DNA of 64,000 nucleotides. Source: Vicinamibacteria bacterium (GTDB lineage Bacteria > Acidobacteriota > Vicinamibacteria > Marinacidobacterales > Marinacidobacteraceae). The notes under the pieces were generated by a model. It ran no database searches. It was not told the DNA's origin and was given only the letters and a program-made list of their open reading frames with translations. Shown here one piece after another: positions 36,328 to 46,202 of this stretch. Positions within the stretch are counted from its first letter, which is position 1. Every line of letters starts with the position of its first letter. A program made the position numbers and the translations under genes. The stretch spans positions 1,472,001-1,536,000 of the forward strand of contig OZ241322.1 in assembly GCA_965199715.1 (NCBI GenBank), read 5' to 3'.

Positions 36328-38432
36328 AGCGGCTCGCGTTCCTCGCCGCCCTGCTCGGGTGCGGCGCTCCGCCGGAAGAGGCTGTAAACCCCTACGAGGA
36401 CCGATCCGGCTGGCCGGTCCAGGAACTGCGCCATGAGGCGTTCGACGTGCTCCACTACCGGGTGGAGCTGGATCTCCGGGAGGAGACGAAGAGCCTCGAC
36501 GGCCGCGCCTCGATCCTGCTTCGGGCGCGGGAAGCCATCGACGCGCTCGCGCTCGACGCCGAGTCGTTCGAGGTGACCGGGGTCCGCTCCGGCGAAACCG
36601 ACCTCGACTTCGTCTACGCGGACGGCGTCCTCGAAGTCGCCCTCGCCGAAACCCTGGAGGCGGAAGCCGAGCTCACGCTCGACGTGGCCTACGCGGCCAC
36701 GGGCATGGACGTGGACGCGACCCGCTTCGGGATGCCCGCGAGCTACGACCTCGGTCTCGACTTCAAGGCGGAGACCGACGCGAACCCCGGACTCGTGAAC
36801 ACGCTCTCGTTTCCCGAGGGCGCCCGCCACTGGTACCCGTCGGTGGACCACCCCGCCGACCGCGCCACCTTCGAGCTGCTGGCCACCGTCCGCGAGGACT
36901 GGAAGGTGCTCTCGAACGGCCTTCTCGTGGAGATCCGTCCCGGGGCCCGCCCGGGAACCCGCACCCACCACTGGCGGCTCGACGACCCGCATCCGACCTA
37001 CCTGTCGGTGCTCGCCGCCGGCCCCTACGAGGTGATCGAGGACGCGCTCGGGGACGTCCCGGTCAACTACTGGGTCTATCCGAAGGACGTGGAGGACGCG
37101 GACCGCAGCTTCCACAAGACCCCGGCGATGATGGCGTTCTTCGGCGAGGAGTTCGGGGTCCCGTACCCGTGGAACAAGTACGACCAAGTGACGATCCCCG
37201 GCATCGGGGGCGGCGCCGAGAGCACGACGGCCACGGTGCTCGGCCAGAGCACGATCCACGACGAGCGCGCCGAGCAGGACTTCCCGAGCCACGGCCTCGT
37301 GGCCCACGAGGCCGCCCACCACTGGTGGGGCAACCTCGTTTCCTACCGCGACTGGGGCGAGACCTGGCTCAGCGAGAGCTTCGCGACGTGGTCCGAGTAC
37401 CGCTGGCACGCCGAGGAGCTCGGGCCCGACGAGGCGGGCGAGAACATGCGCCGCAAGCGCGCGTCGTACCTGCGGCAGGCGCAGACGGTGCGACGCCCGG
37501 TCGTGAGCGACCGCTGGCGGCGCCCGAACGACAACTTCGACGCGCACACCTACCCGAAGGGGGCGGCGCTGATCCGCCTGCTCCGCCATGCGGTCGGCCC
37601 CGACGACTTCGACCGCGCCCTCCAGCACTTCCTCCAAAAGCACGCGTTCCAGCCGGTGGACACCGAGGACTTCATCGCCGCCTTCGCCGAGTCCGCCGGA
37701 GCCGACATCCGCTGGTTCGTGGACATGTGGCTGCGCAGTCCCGGCCACCCGGTGCTCGAAATCGAGTCCTCGTGGTCCGACGGCGAGCTGGAGCTGCGCA
37801 TCCGGCAGGTCCAGCGCCCCGAGGCGAGCATGGGCGAGGTTCCGTCGGCGTACCGGGCGCCGCTGTCGATCCGGGCGGGATCCGAGGTCCATTCGTTCTG
37901 GCTCGAGGGCCGGGAGCAGACGCTGCGCTTCCCGGTCGCCGAGGAGCCGCGCTTCGTCCGCTTCGACGCGGACGACGTGCTGTTGGCCGAGCTGCGGATC
38001 GACAAGTCCGAGGCGGAGTGGATCGCGCAGCTTCAAGACGACGACGCGGCCGGACGGCGGCGCGCGGCGGTCGCGCTCGAGGATCAGGACGCGCTGCGCG
38101 ACGCGGCGCTCGCCGATCCCTTCTGGGCGGTGCGCCAGGCCGCGGCGGCGGGTCTCGACCCGTCCGATCCGGCGCTCCTGCGGATCGCCCGGGACGACCC
38201 GAAGTCGGATGTGCGGACCGAGGCGCTGACCCGGCTCGGGGCGGGCGCCGGAGCGGAATTCCTCATCGAGCGCTTCCGCGCGGACACGAGCTACCGGGCG
38301 CAGGCGGCGGCCGTCGCCGCGCTCGGCGCGATCGGGGGCGAAGCGGTCCGGCCGGTCCTGGAGGAGGCCGCGGCGATGGTCTCGCCCCGGGACGTCGTGG
38401 CCCGCGCCGCCCGCGAGGCGCTTGGACGGTAA
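36324..38432 (+). CDS. M1 family aminopeptidase with HEAT repeats, lipoprotein
   Basis: LLGC lipobox; GGAES, HEAAH + WLSE zinc motif, YPKG; C-terminal HEAT-like repeats. Confidence 0.92.
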   Translation: MKRLAFLAALLGCGAPPEEAVNPYEDRSGWPVQELRHEAFDVLHYRVELDLREETKSLDGRASILLRAREAIDALALDAESFEVTGVRSGETDLDFVYADGVLEVALAETLEAEAELTLDVAYAATGMDVDATRFGMPASYDLGLDFKAETDANPGLVNTLSFPEGARHWYPSVDHPADRATFELLATVREDWKVLSNGLLVEIRPGARPGTRTHHWRLDDPHPTYLSVLAAGPYEVIEDALGDVPVNYWVYPKDVEDADRSFHKTPAMMAFFGEEFGVPYPWNKYDQVTIPGIGGGAESTTATVLGQSTIHDERAEQDFPSHGLVAHEAAHHWWGNLVSYRDWGETWLSESFATWSEYRWHAEELGPDEAGENMRRKRASYLRQAQTVRRPVVSDRWRRPNDNFDAHTYPKGAALIRLLRHAVGPDDFDRALQHFLQKHAFQPVDTEDFIAAFAESAGADIRWFVDMWLRSPGHPVLEIESSWSDGELELRIRQVQRPEASMGEVPSAYRAPLSIRAGSEVHSFWLEGREQTLRFPVAEEPRFVRFDADDVLLAELRIDKSEAEWIAQLQDDDAAGRRRAAVALEDQDALRDAALADPFWAVRQAAAAGLDPSDPALLRIARDDPKSDVRTEALTRLGAGAGAEFLIERFRADTSYRAQAAAVAALGAIGGEAVRPVLEEAAAMVSPRDVVARAAREALGR

Positions 38433-39306
38433 GCGTCCCATCCTGCTGGCGCACGCCGGCGCGTGGGCGATCCCCGAGGACGAACGGGACGCGCACCTCG
38501 CCGGCGTCGCGGCCGCGCTCTCGGCCGGCTGGGCCGTTCTCGAAGCCGGGGGATCGGCGCTCGACGCGGTCGAGCGCGCCGTCGTCTCGCTCGAGGACGA
38601 TCCGGCGCTGAACGCGGGGGTCGGGGCCGTCCTTGACCGGGACGGGGCGGTCTCGCTGGACGCCGGGATCATGGATGGAGACACGCTGCGCGCCGGCGGG
38701 GTGGCGGGGGTTCGCACCGTGCGGAACCCGATCCGCGCGGCGCGGCGCGTGCTCGAGGAGACGCCCCACGTCCTGCTCGTGGGGGCCGGGGCGGAACGCT
38801 TCGCCGGCGACCCGATCGATCCTTCCGAATTGGTCGTCCAGCGGGAACGCGACCGCCTCGCCGGCCGGCCGGCGGACACCGTCGGGGCGCTCGCGCTGGA
38901 CGCGGACGGGCGGATCGCGGCCGCCGGCTCCACCGGGGGCACGGTCGGGAAGATCCCCGGCCGCGCCGGCGACACGCCGCAGGTAGGGGCCGGGTTCTAC
39001 GCCGACTCCGCGGTCGGCGGGGCGCTCGCCACCGGCTGGGGCGAGGGAGCGATCCGGATGGGCCTGTGCCGGGCGGCGATCTCCCGCCTCGAAATGGGCT
39101 CCGCGCCCCAGGCCGCCGCGGACGGGCTGCTCGGGCGCCTGCGGGAGCGGCTTCAGGGCCGCGCCGGGTTGCTGCTCCTCACTCCCGACGGCCGCCTCGC
39201 GGCGGCCCACACGACGCAGTTCCTCGCGTGGGGGTTCACCGACGGGGATCCGCCGCGGGCGTTTCTCGATTCGGGCCGATCTCGATCTCCGTCACGTGGA
39301 GGCTGA
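38422..39306 (+). CDS. isoaspartyl peptidase/L-asparaginase (Ntn hydrolase)
   Basis: HAGA, LEDDP.LNAG.G, LDAGIMDG, DTVG nucleophile, STGG..GRAGDTP, TGWGE. Confidence 0.92.
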   Translation: MDGKRPILLAHAGAWAIPEDERDAHLAGVAAALSAGWAVLEAGGSALDAVERAVVSLEDDPALNAGVGAVLDRDGAVSLDAGIMDGDTLRAGGVAGVRTVRNPIRAARRVLEETPHVLLVGAGAERFAGDPIDPSELVVQRERDRLAGRPADTVGALALDADGRIAAAGSTGGTVGKIPGRAGDTPQVGAGFYADSAVGGALATGWGEGAIRMGLCRAAISRLEMGSAPQAAADGLLGRLRERLQGRAGLLLLTPDGRLAAAHTTQFLAWGFTDGDPPRAFLDSGRSRSPSRGG

Positions 39307-39853
39307 GGCCCGCCCCCGCCCGGATCCCGATCACGCCGTCGAGCGCTTCATCTCGTTCGGCGATTCGGACGCCGTTCAGCCAGTACGCGGCCCGGTCTCC
39401 GCGCACGCCCACCTCGAACTCGTTGCGCACCGGCCCGGAGTCGTCGGGGCCGACCGTGACCACCGCGTCGTGCGCCGTCCAGTCGCCGCCGGAGACGCGG
39501 AAGCGTCCGTCGTCGCGCAGCTCGAACAGGGCGTGTCCGACGTCCCCCTCCAGGTCGCTCCCGCCGAGGAACAGCCCGAACGGAGCGTCCAGCCGTGCGG
39601 ACCCGGACGCCTCGGGATCGCCCTCGGAGAACAGGAACACGGTGGCGCGCACCGAATAGTCGCCCGACGCGAAGCTGACCGGATCCCAGAAGAGCCCGCC
39701 GGGGTCGGCGAAGACGCGCCACCCCGGCCGCATCACGACGAAGCGTCGCTCCTCGCTCCCGCCGTCGTCGTAGCGGGCCTTCCAGTGCGCCGGGCGCTCG
39801 AGGTCGTGCCCGGACTGCGCGAGCGCGAGGATCAGGAAGAGGAGGAGCTTCAC
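39236..39853 (-). CDS. hypothetical secreted beta-sandwich protein
   Basis: GTG overlaps the upstream stop; MKLLLFLILALAQ signal; beta-rich. Confidence 0.65.
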   Translation of the reverse strand: MKLLLFLILALAQSGHDLERPAHWKARYDDGGSEERRFVVMRPGWRVFADPGGLFWDPVSFASGDYSVRATVFLFSEGDPEASGSARLDAPFGLFLGGSDLEGDVGHALFELRDDGRFRVSGGDWTAHDAVVTVGPDDSGPVRNEFEVGVRGDRAAYWLNGVRIAERDEALDGVIGIRAGAGLSLHVTEIEIGPNRETPAADPRR

Positions 39854-40923
39854 CCGCCGAAGATCTCGCCGAAGTAGCGCAGCCAGTTGCCGCCGAGAAT
39901 GCGAGCGATATCGACCTCGGACACGCCGCGCCGGTCGAGCGCGTGCGCGACGTTGCGGAAGCGCTCCGGCTCGTCCAGCCCCTCGATGAAAGGAGGCCAG
40001 CGGACCCGGTAGCTCGGCTTGAAGAAGCGCAGCCGCGGCTCGTACCAGTTCTCGCGGGTCGCCCACGAGCGCAGGCCGCGGATCGCGTGGTCGGTCGAGA
40101 CTCCCACGTGCTCGATCCCGCCGACGTCCACGGCGTGCAGGATGTGGTTCACGTAGTCGTCGAGCGACGCGTCCGGGTCCGGGCCGACGAAGTAGCCGAG
40201 GCTCGCAATCCCGGTGATCCCGCCCTTGTCGGACATCGCCTGGATCTGGGCGTCGGTCTTGGCCCGGGGGTGGTCGTTGTAGATCGCCTCGCAGAAGGTG
40301 TGGGTGAACGCCGGCGGCCGCATCGAGACTTCGATCCCGTCCATGGAGGTCTTCCGCCCGCAGTGCGACAGGTCCACGACGATCCCGAGCTCGTTCAGCC
40401 GGTGGACGACCTCGACCCCGAAGTCGGAGAGGCCGCCGTCCACCCGCTCGGTGCAGCCGCTGCCGAGCCGGTTCTGCGAGTTGTAGGTGAGCTGGACGCA
40501 GCGCGTGCCCAGTTCGTGGAGCGGGTCGAGGTTCCGCAGATCCCCCTCGAGCATCGTGGCGTTCTGGAAGCCGAAGACGACCGCCATCTTCCCCTCGGCC
40601 TTCGCCTGCTCGACGTGCGCGGCGCGAGTGGCGAGCAGCAGCCGGTCGGGGTTCTCGCGGATGCGCCGCCGCCACTCGGCGAGCGCCCGCATCGCAGTCG
40701 GGAAGTCGTTGCTCGGCAACGTGGTCTGGATGCCGGTGTAGCCGGACCGCTCGACCGCCTCGTACTCGACCTCGTCCCACTCGTGTCCGACCGCCAGTGC
40801 GTCGATGACCACCGAGCGGTCGTAGAGCGCGTCGATCGCCGGATTCCGCGGCGGCTCCTGGCCGAAGCTCCGGGAGAGCGCCAGCCACCCGGCGAGGCCG
40901 CCGAGGAACGTCCGGCGGGTCAC
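39850..40923 (-). CDS. membrane dipeptidase (M19) with Tat signal
   Basis: TRRTFL Tat motif; QLTYN, GLSDFG, VDLSH, HPRAKTD, HVGVSTD, ILGGNW. Confidence 0.9.
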   Translation of the reverse strand: MTRRTFLGGLAGWLALSRSFGQEPPRNPAIDALYDRSVVIDALAVGHEWDEVEYEAVERSGYTGIQTTLPSNDFPTAMRALAEWRRRIRENPDRLLLATRAAHVEQAKAEGKMAVVFGFQNATMLEGDLRNLDPLHELGTRCVQLTYNSQNRLGSGCTERVDGGLSDFGVEVVHRLNELGIVVDLSHCGRKTSMDGIEVSMRPPAFTHTFCEAIYNDHPRAKTDAQIQAMSDKGGITGIASLGYFVGPDPDASLDDYVNHILHAVDVGGIEHVGVSTDHAIRGLRSWATRENWYEPRLRFFKPSYRVRWPPFIEGLDEPERFRNVAHALDRRGVSEVDIARILGGNWLRYFGEIFGG

Positions 40924-42620
40924 GCGTTCGCTTCGGCGGCGAACGCTTCCGCCGCCCGGACGGCGGTGCCGGCGTCGGGGAAGAACCGCACGTTGCGGTC
41001 CTGGCGCAGGCCGAGCTGGTGCATCACTTCGCCCACTTCCGGCTGGATTCCGAAGAAGAAGCAGGTCGTTCCTCTGTCCACGAGGCTCTGCACGAGGTCG
41101 GCCAGCGCGATGCACGCGGTCGGATCGATGAAATAGACGTTGCGCATCCCGAACACGCACGAGGTGCGCAGTTCTCCGGTGTCGGCGAGCAGGTCCGAGA
41201 GGCTGTTCACGGTGCCGTAGAAGAGCGCGCCCCGGAAGGTGATGACCTCGACCTTCGGGGGCAGGCTGATCGGCAGCGGCTCCGGATCGACGATGAGCTC
41301 CTCCGAGTCCATGAGCGCGGTGTCGCCCCGCCGGACGATGAAGACCTCCGAGATCCGCTGGATGAAGACGACCGCCCCCGTCAGCAAGCCCACCGGGATG
41401 ACCCAGCGGATGTCCCAGAACAGCGTCGTGCCCAGCGAGACCCCGAGGATGACGCGCTCGCCGAGCGGCGCCCGCCAGATGGCCCGCATCCGGTCGATCT
41501 CGATCATGCGCGCCGCGACCACGAGCAGCACCGCGGCGAGCGACGCGAGCGGGATGTATTCGAGCGCCCACGAGAAGAACAGGACGAAGAGCGCGACGAA
41601 GATCGCGTGGAACGCTCCCGCGAGCGGCGACTTCGCTCCCGACGAGAGGCAGGTCGCGGTCCGGGCGACGCAGCCGCCGACCGGGAAGCCGCCCCAGACG
41701 GCGGCGGCGATGTTGCCGAACCCGAGCGCGACGAACTCCTCGTTGGGACTGCTCGGCACGCCCCGCGCCCGGCTCGCCATCGAGGCCGCGAGCAGCGACT
41801 CGCTGCTCGACAGGAACGCGATGGCCAGCGCGTAGGGCGCGAGTTCGAACATCAGCTCCGGGATCGCCGGGCGCGGGAACCGGTTCGGCAGCTCGCCGAA
41901 GGTGCTGCCGATCGTGTCCACCGGAAGACCGGCCCACGCCACCGCCACCGCGCCGACCGCGAGTCCCACGACGTAGGCGGGAACGCGCGGCAGGAAACGC
42001 CAGGCGAGGAGCACGGCTCCGAGCGACGCGAAGCCGATGACCGCGGTGCTCGGGTCGAACCCGTCGAGCCGGCTGATCACCCCCTCGACGATGAACATGA
42101 AGTTGTGCGAGTGGGCCTCGCCGTGGCCGTGCGCGTGGTCGTGGGCGGTGTTCCCGAGCCCGAGGAACGGCACGATCTGTCCGGCGAAGATGATGATCCC
42201 CATGCCGGTCACGAACCCGCTGATGACCGCCTGCGGCATGGACTCGATCAGGATCCCGATGCGGGCGAACGCCATCAGCAGCAGGAAAATCCCGGCGAGC
42301 AGCGTCGCCGACATGAGTCCCGAGTAGCCCCAGCCCTCGATCACCACCACCGCGATCAGGATGCAGGCCTCGGTGGGGCCGCCGATCTGGAAGCGGCTCG
42401 CGGTGAACAGCGCGATCACGAGCCCGCCCACGATGATGCCGACGAGGCCCTTGTCGGGGGTCGCGCCCGCGGCGATCGCCACTACGAGCCCGAGCGGCAC
42501 CGCGACCACCGAGACGGTGAGTCCGGCCGTCAGGTCGGTCCCGAGGTCGGACGTCGAGTAGCCGACGGGAATGATGCGGCGGTAGGTCGCCACGAGGAGC
42601 TGCCGCAGTTGCCAGATCAT
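40920..42620 (-). CDS. SulP/SLC26 anion transporter with STAS domain
   Basis: DLTAGLTV..VAVPL, IGGPT, ESLL, ARTAT, GALFYG, FIDPTA. Confidence 0.92.
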   Translation of the reverse strand: MIWQLRQLLVATYRRIIPVGYSTSDLGTDLTAGLTVSVVAVPLGLVVAIAAGATPDKGLVGIIVGGLVIALFTASRFQIGGPTEACILIAVVVIEGWGYSGLMSATLLAGIFLLLMAFARIGILIESMPQAVISGFVTGMGIIIFAGQIVPFLGLGNTAHDHAHGHGEAHSHNFMFIVEGVISRLDGFDPSTAVIGFASLGAVLLAWRFLPRVPAYVVGLAVGAVAVAWAGLPVDTIGSTFGELPNRFPRPAIPELMFELAPYALAIAFLSSSESLLAASMASRARGVPSSPNEEFVALGFGNIAAAVWGGFPVGGCVARTATCLSSGAKSPLAGAFHAIFVALFVLFFSWALEYIPLASLAAVLLVVAARMIEIDRMRAIWRAPLGERVILGVSLGTTLFWDIRWVIPVGLLTGAVVFIQRISEVFIVRRGDTALMDSEELIVDPEPLPISLPPKVEVITFRGALFYGTVNSLSDLLADTGELRTSCVFGMRNVYFIDPTACIALADLVQSLVDRGTTCFFFGIQPEVGEVMHQLGLRQDRNVRFFPDAGTAVRAAEAFAAEANA

Positions 42621-43405
42621 GCGAGGAGCACCTCGATCGGGGGAAGGGCGTCGTCCGCCGCCTCGGCGGAATACCGCTCGCCGGCGCGGCAGTCGAGCGG
42701 CGGGGTGAGGGTGCCGGTCGTGATCACCTCGCCGGCCTCGAGCGGATGGCCGCCGGCCCGGGCGAGCTCGCCGAGCCGCCCCACGGCGTCCAGCGGGTTG
42801 CCCATGACGAGATCGCCGCGCCCGTCGGCGACCTTCGTCCCGTCAAGGCGCATGGTCAGGGTGAGGTCCCGCAACCGCTCCGACATCTCGTCGGGATCGG
42901 CGATCCGGACCATCGGGCCGAGCGCGAGCGCATGGTGGATGCCCCCCGCCGCGATCGCGTCCGCCGGACGCATCTTCCAGCCGGGATACGGCGAGTCCAC
43001 GACCTCGAATCCGAAACCGACCTCGGCGACCCGCCGGGCGACCGCCGCGCCTCGCTCGCCGTCTTCCGGCGCGGAGGCGAGACGGACGACCACCTCGCAC
43101 TCGATCTTGGGTTCGCGGGCGCCGTCCATCGACATCGGAACGCCGGTCGCGAGCACCGATTCCGCGTACATGCAGCCCCAGACCGGACGATCGAGGCCGG
43201 CGGCTTCCCACAGCGACCGGTTCGTGAACCCGATCTTGCGCCCGACGACCGGGGAGCGCCCGGCCCGCCGGCAGGCGAGCATTCCGGCGATCCGGTAGGC
43301 GTCGTCAAGCCCGAATTCGGGGACGCGCGCGGAAAACGGGGTCAACTTCGTCCCGGCGGCGCGCGCCGCCTCGATCTCGGCGCAAATCGCCTCCGGTTCC
43401 AGCAT
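42617..43405 (-). CDS. 2-keto-4-pentenoate hydratase / FAH family protein
   Basis: DDAYRI, GRKIGFTN, PKIECEV, FEVVDS, VMGNP, VITTGT. Confidence 0.88.
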   Translation of the reverse strand: MLEPEAICAEIEAARAAGTKLTPFSARVPEFGLDDAYRIAGMLACRRAGRSPVVGRKIGFTNRSLWEAAGLDRPVWGCMYAESVLATGVPMSMDGAREPKIECEVVVRLASAPEDGERGAAVARRVAEVGFGFEVVDSPYPGWKMRPADAIAAGGIHHALALGPMVRIADPDEMSERLRDLTLTMRLDGTKVADGRGDLVMGNPLDAVGRLGELARAGGHPLEAGEVITTGTLTPPLDCRAGERYSAEAADDALPPIEVLLA

Positions 43406-43448
43406 CGGTCGTTCGATGCAAAGTGTACGGCTACGCTTCCCCGTTTCC

Positions 43449-43823
43449 ATGTTCGCGATCGCCGTCCGCGACCATTTCATGTGTTCGCACTCGCTTCCGG
43501 GCGAAGTCTTCGGCCCGGCGCAGAACCGCCACGGCGCGACGTACGCCGTCACCGTCGAGTTCCGGACCGAGGCGCTCGACGAGCACAACATCGTCCTCGA
43601 CCTCGCTTGGGCGAAGGACGCGCTGGGCGACGCGCTCGCGCCGCTTCGTTACGCCGATCTGGACGAGCTCTTCCCCGGGGAGTTCACCACGACCGAGTTC
43701 CTCTGCCGCCGCATCCACCAGGCGGTCGCAACCCGCCTTCCCGATTCCTTCCGGGGGTCCGTCCGGGTCCAGTTGGACGAGAACCCCCAGATGTACGCCT
43801 CCTACGAGGCCGCCGCGCCATGA
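43449..43823 (+). CDS. 6-pyruvoyl-tetrahydropterin synthase family protein (PTPS-IV/SCO6650-like)
   Basis: VRDHFMCSHS..FGPAQNRHGATY..YADLDE..TTTEFL..V.LDE. Confidence 0.82.
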   Translation: MFAIAVRDHFMCSHSLPGEVFGPAQNRHGATYAVTVEFRTEALDEHNIVLDLAWAKDALGDALAPLRYADLDELFPGEFTTTEFLCRRIHQAVATRLPDSFRGSVRVQLDENPQMYASYEAAAP

Positions 43824-44962
43824 CCAAATCCCTCGACACCCGGGCGATCCACGAGGGCGCCCTCGACCCGCGCCCGCTCGGGGCGGTCTCGACCCCGGTC
43901 TTCCAGACCGCGAATTTCGAGTACCACGGCGAGCAGTACCACGACGTGGGCTACCTCCGGCTCTCGAACAGCCCGAACCACCGGGTGCTCCACGCCCGGA
44001 TCGCCTCGCTGGAGGCGGCCGAGGACGCGCTCGTCACCGGCAGCGGCATGGCCGCGATCAGCGGCGCGCTCTTCGCGTTCCTGAGCGCCGGCGACCACCT
44101 GCTGGTCCAGGACGTGGTGTACGGCGGCACCGCGAACCTGCTCCAGCGCGACCTGCCCCGGTTCGGGATCTCGCACACGCGCATCGATCCGCAGGACCCG
44201 GACTCGTGGGAACCGGCGCTCACCCCGGCGACCCGGATGATCTACGTCGAGACGCTCACGAACCCGCTGGTGCAGATGGCCGACCTCGAGGCGGTGGTCC
44301 GCTTCGCCCGCGACCGGGGCCTTCTCTCGCTGATCGACAACACGTTCGCGAGCCCAGTGCTGTGCCGCCCGGCCGCGCTCGGCTTCGACCTCGTCATGGA
44401 GAGCGCGACCAAGTACATGAATGGCCACAACGACCTCGTGGCCGGCGCGGTCTCGGGGTCCGCCGAGCGCATCCGGGCGATCAAGCACGTCCTCGACCAC
44501 CTCGGCGGATCGCTCGACCCCCACGCCTGCGTGCTGCTCGAGCGCGGCCTCAAGACCATCGGCCTTCGGGTGCGCCGGCAGTCGGCCACCGCGCTCGCGC
44601 TGGCGCGGTTCCTCGAAGGGAGGCCCGAAGTCGCCCGGGTCCACTATCCCGGACTCGAGTCGCACCCCTCGTACGAGCGGGCGGCGCGGCTCCTCGACGG
44701 CGGGTTCGGCGGGATGATGGCCTTCGAGCTGTCCGGCGGCGCGGAGGCCGCCGAGCGGTTCCAGGCGAAGCTGACGTTGCCGGCGGTGGCGGCGAGCCTC
44801 GGCGGCGTGGAGTCGCTCATCGTGCGCCCGGCGGCGGCGATCCACAGCGGCCTCTCGCCCGGGGAGCGCGCGTCGCAGGGGATTTCGGAGGGGCTCATGC
44901 GGTTTTCGACCGGAGTCGAGTCGGCCGAAGACCTCATCGCCGACTTCACGAACGCGCTCTGA
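43820..44962 (+). CDS. Cys/Met metabolism PLP enzyme (cystathionine gamma-synthase/lyase family)
   Basis: PVFQT, SGMAAI, YGGT, IDNTFASP, SATKYMNGHND, SLGGVESL. Confidence 0.92.
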   Translation: MTKSLDTRAIHEGALDPRPLGAVSTPVFQTANFEYHGEQYHDVGYLRLSNSPNHRVLHARIASLEAAEDALVTGSGMAAISGALFAFLSAGDHLLVQDVVYGGTANLLQRDLPRFGISHTRIDPQDPDSWEPALTPATRMIYVETLTNPLVQMADLEAVVRFARDRGLLSLIDNTFASPVLCRPAALGFDLVMESATKYMNGHNDLVAGAVSGSAERIRAIKHVLDHLGGSLDPHACVLLERGLKTIGLRVRRQSATALALARFLEGRPEVARVHYPGLESHPSYERAARLLDGGFGGMMAFELSGGAEAAERFQAKLTLPAVAASLGGVESLIVRPAAAIHSGLSPGERASQGISEGLMRFSTGVESAEDLIADFTNAL

Positions 44963-46202
44963 GGAACCCCTCCCGGACCAGGAACGCGACCGCGTCGGGG
45001 TCCGAGCCGACGGGGTTGCGGAAGACCGGGGCGAGCGCGATCCCCCGGAACCGGTGGACCGGGCGCCGCCCGGGACGCGCGACGACCGTCGCCGGGACGA
45101 TCCAGTCCCCCCGAAGCACGCCCTCGGTCGCGACCCCGGCCCCGGGCGCGGGTTCGAGCGTTCCGCCGCCGGCGGGCGGCGGCGGCCGCGGCGGCCGGGA
45201 GCGGGCGCGCCAGAACGGCGCCTCGGCGTAGCGGGTTTCGGCGGCGTAGGTCGCTCCGATCCGCTCCTCGGCGTCCCGGGCGAGGCCGGCCTCGCGCAGC
45301 CGACAGTAGCGGAACGCGAGCTCGGCGCATTCCGGCCGCTCCAGCGCGGTGCGGATCGCGACCGCGGCGGTGAGGCCGGAGTCCATGGCCTTGAGCGCTC
45401 CCTGCCCGGTCAGCGGATCGAGCGCGCTCCATGCGTCGCCCACCGCGAGCGCCGGTGCGTCCGTATCCAGCCGGTAGGGGGTCACGTCGGCGGCCCGTGC
45501 GGGGCCCAACGGCCCGCCGACCACGAATCCGTCCAGATCGACCTGGCGGAGCGCGTCCTCGAACCCGCTTCTCGCGTCGCCGGCGTCCACCATCACGGTC
45601 ACGTCCCGCTCCCGCCGGCGCCCGACGATCGGGGCGGTCCACAGCCATCCGCGCTCGAACGAGGCCACGAGCGTCGCGTTCCTCGGGCCGGGCCGGAAGT
45701 GCGCGGTCAGCGCCGTGGTGCGGAAGCCGGGCCGGATGCGATGGTCCCGGGTGAGCGCGCCGCGCCGCCCGGTCGCATCGACCAGGATACCGGCCTCGAT
45801 GCGCCGGCCGCCGACCCGGATGCGCTCCGGTCCGTCCGGCTGCGCGCTTCCCGGAAGGACCTCCGCGCCGGCCCGCGCCGCCGCCTCGACCGCCCAGGCG
45901 TCCAGGCGGTCGCGCCGGACGAGCCGCTGCCCCTCGCCGGACTCGGGCTGGGCCGCGATCCGGTCCTCGCGCCCGCCCCAGCGCACGATGTGGTCCGGCG
46001 GTCGCGGGGCGAAGACCGCGGAGGGAAGCTCCAGCCCGTAGGATGCGAGCAGCCGGACCGAGGATGTCGCGAGGCTCTCGCCTAGGTGGTGCAGGAACCG
46101 CCGCCGTCCCTGGACCAGCAGCGCCCGCACGCCGTACCGGGCGAGCTGCCGGGCGGCCAGCGCCCCCGCCGGACCGGCGCCGACGACGGCGACCGGAAAC
46201 AC
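44946..46202 (-). CDS. FAD-dependent oxidoreductase, QhpG/LodB/halogenase-like
   Basis: VVGAGPAG, GESL, RDRLD, VDATGR, GWLWTAP, GDA..LDPLTGQG, YAAETRYAEAPFW; GTG overlaps the upstream TAG. Confidence 0.85.
   Translation of the reverse strand: MFPVAVVGAGPAGALAARQLARYGVRALLVQGRRRFLHHLGESLATSSVRLLASYGLELPSAVFAPRPPDHIVRWGGREDRIAAQPESGEGQRLVRRDRLDAWAVEAAARAGAEVLPGSAQPDGPERIRVGGRRIEAGILVDATGRRGALTRDHRIRPGFRTTALTAHFRPGPRNATLVASFERGWLWTAPIVGRRRERDVTVMVDAGDARSGFEDALRQVDLDGFVVGGPLGPARAADVTPYRLDTDAPALAVGDAWSALDPLTGQGALKAMDSGLTAAVAIRTALERPECAELAFRYCRLREAGLARDAEERIGATYAAETRYAEAPFWRARSRPPRPPPPAGGGTLEPAPGAGVATEGVLRGDWIVPATVVARPGRRPVHRFRGIALAPVFRNPVGSDPDAVAFLVREGFLRARS

Noticed and set aside
43449-43823. 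queD as part of a 7-deazaguanine DNA modification system
   Set aside because: Lacks the QueD Cys motif, and no queC, queE or dpdA is nearby
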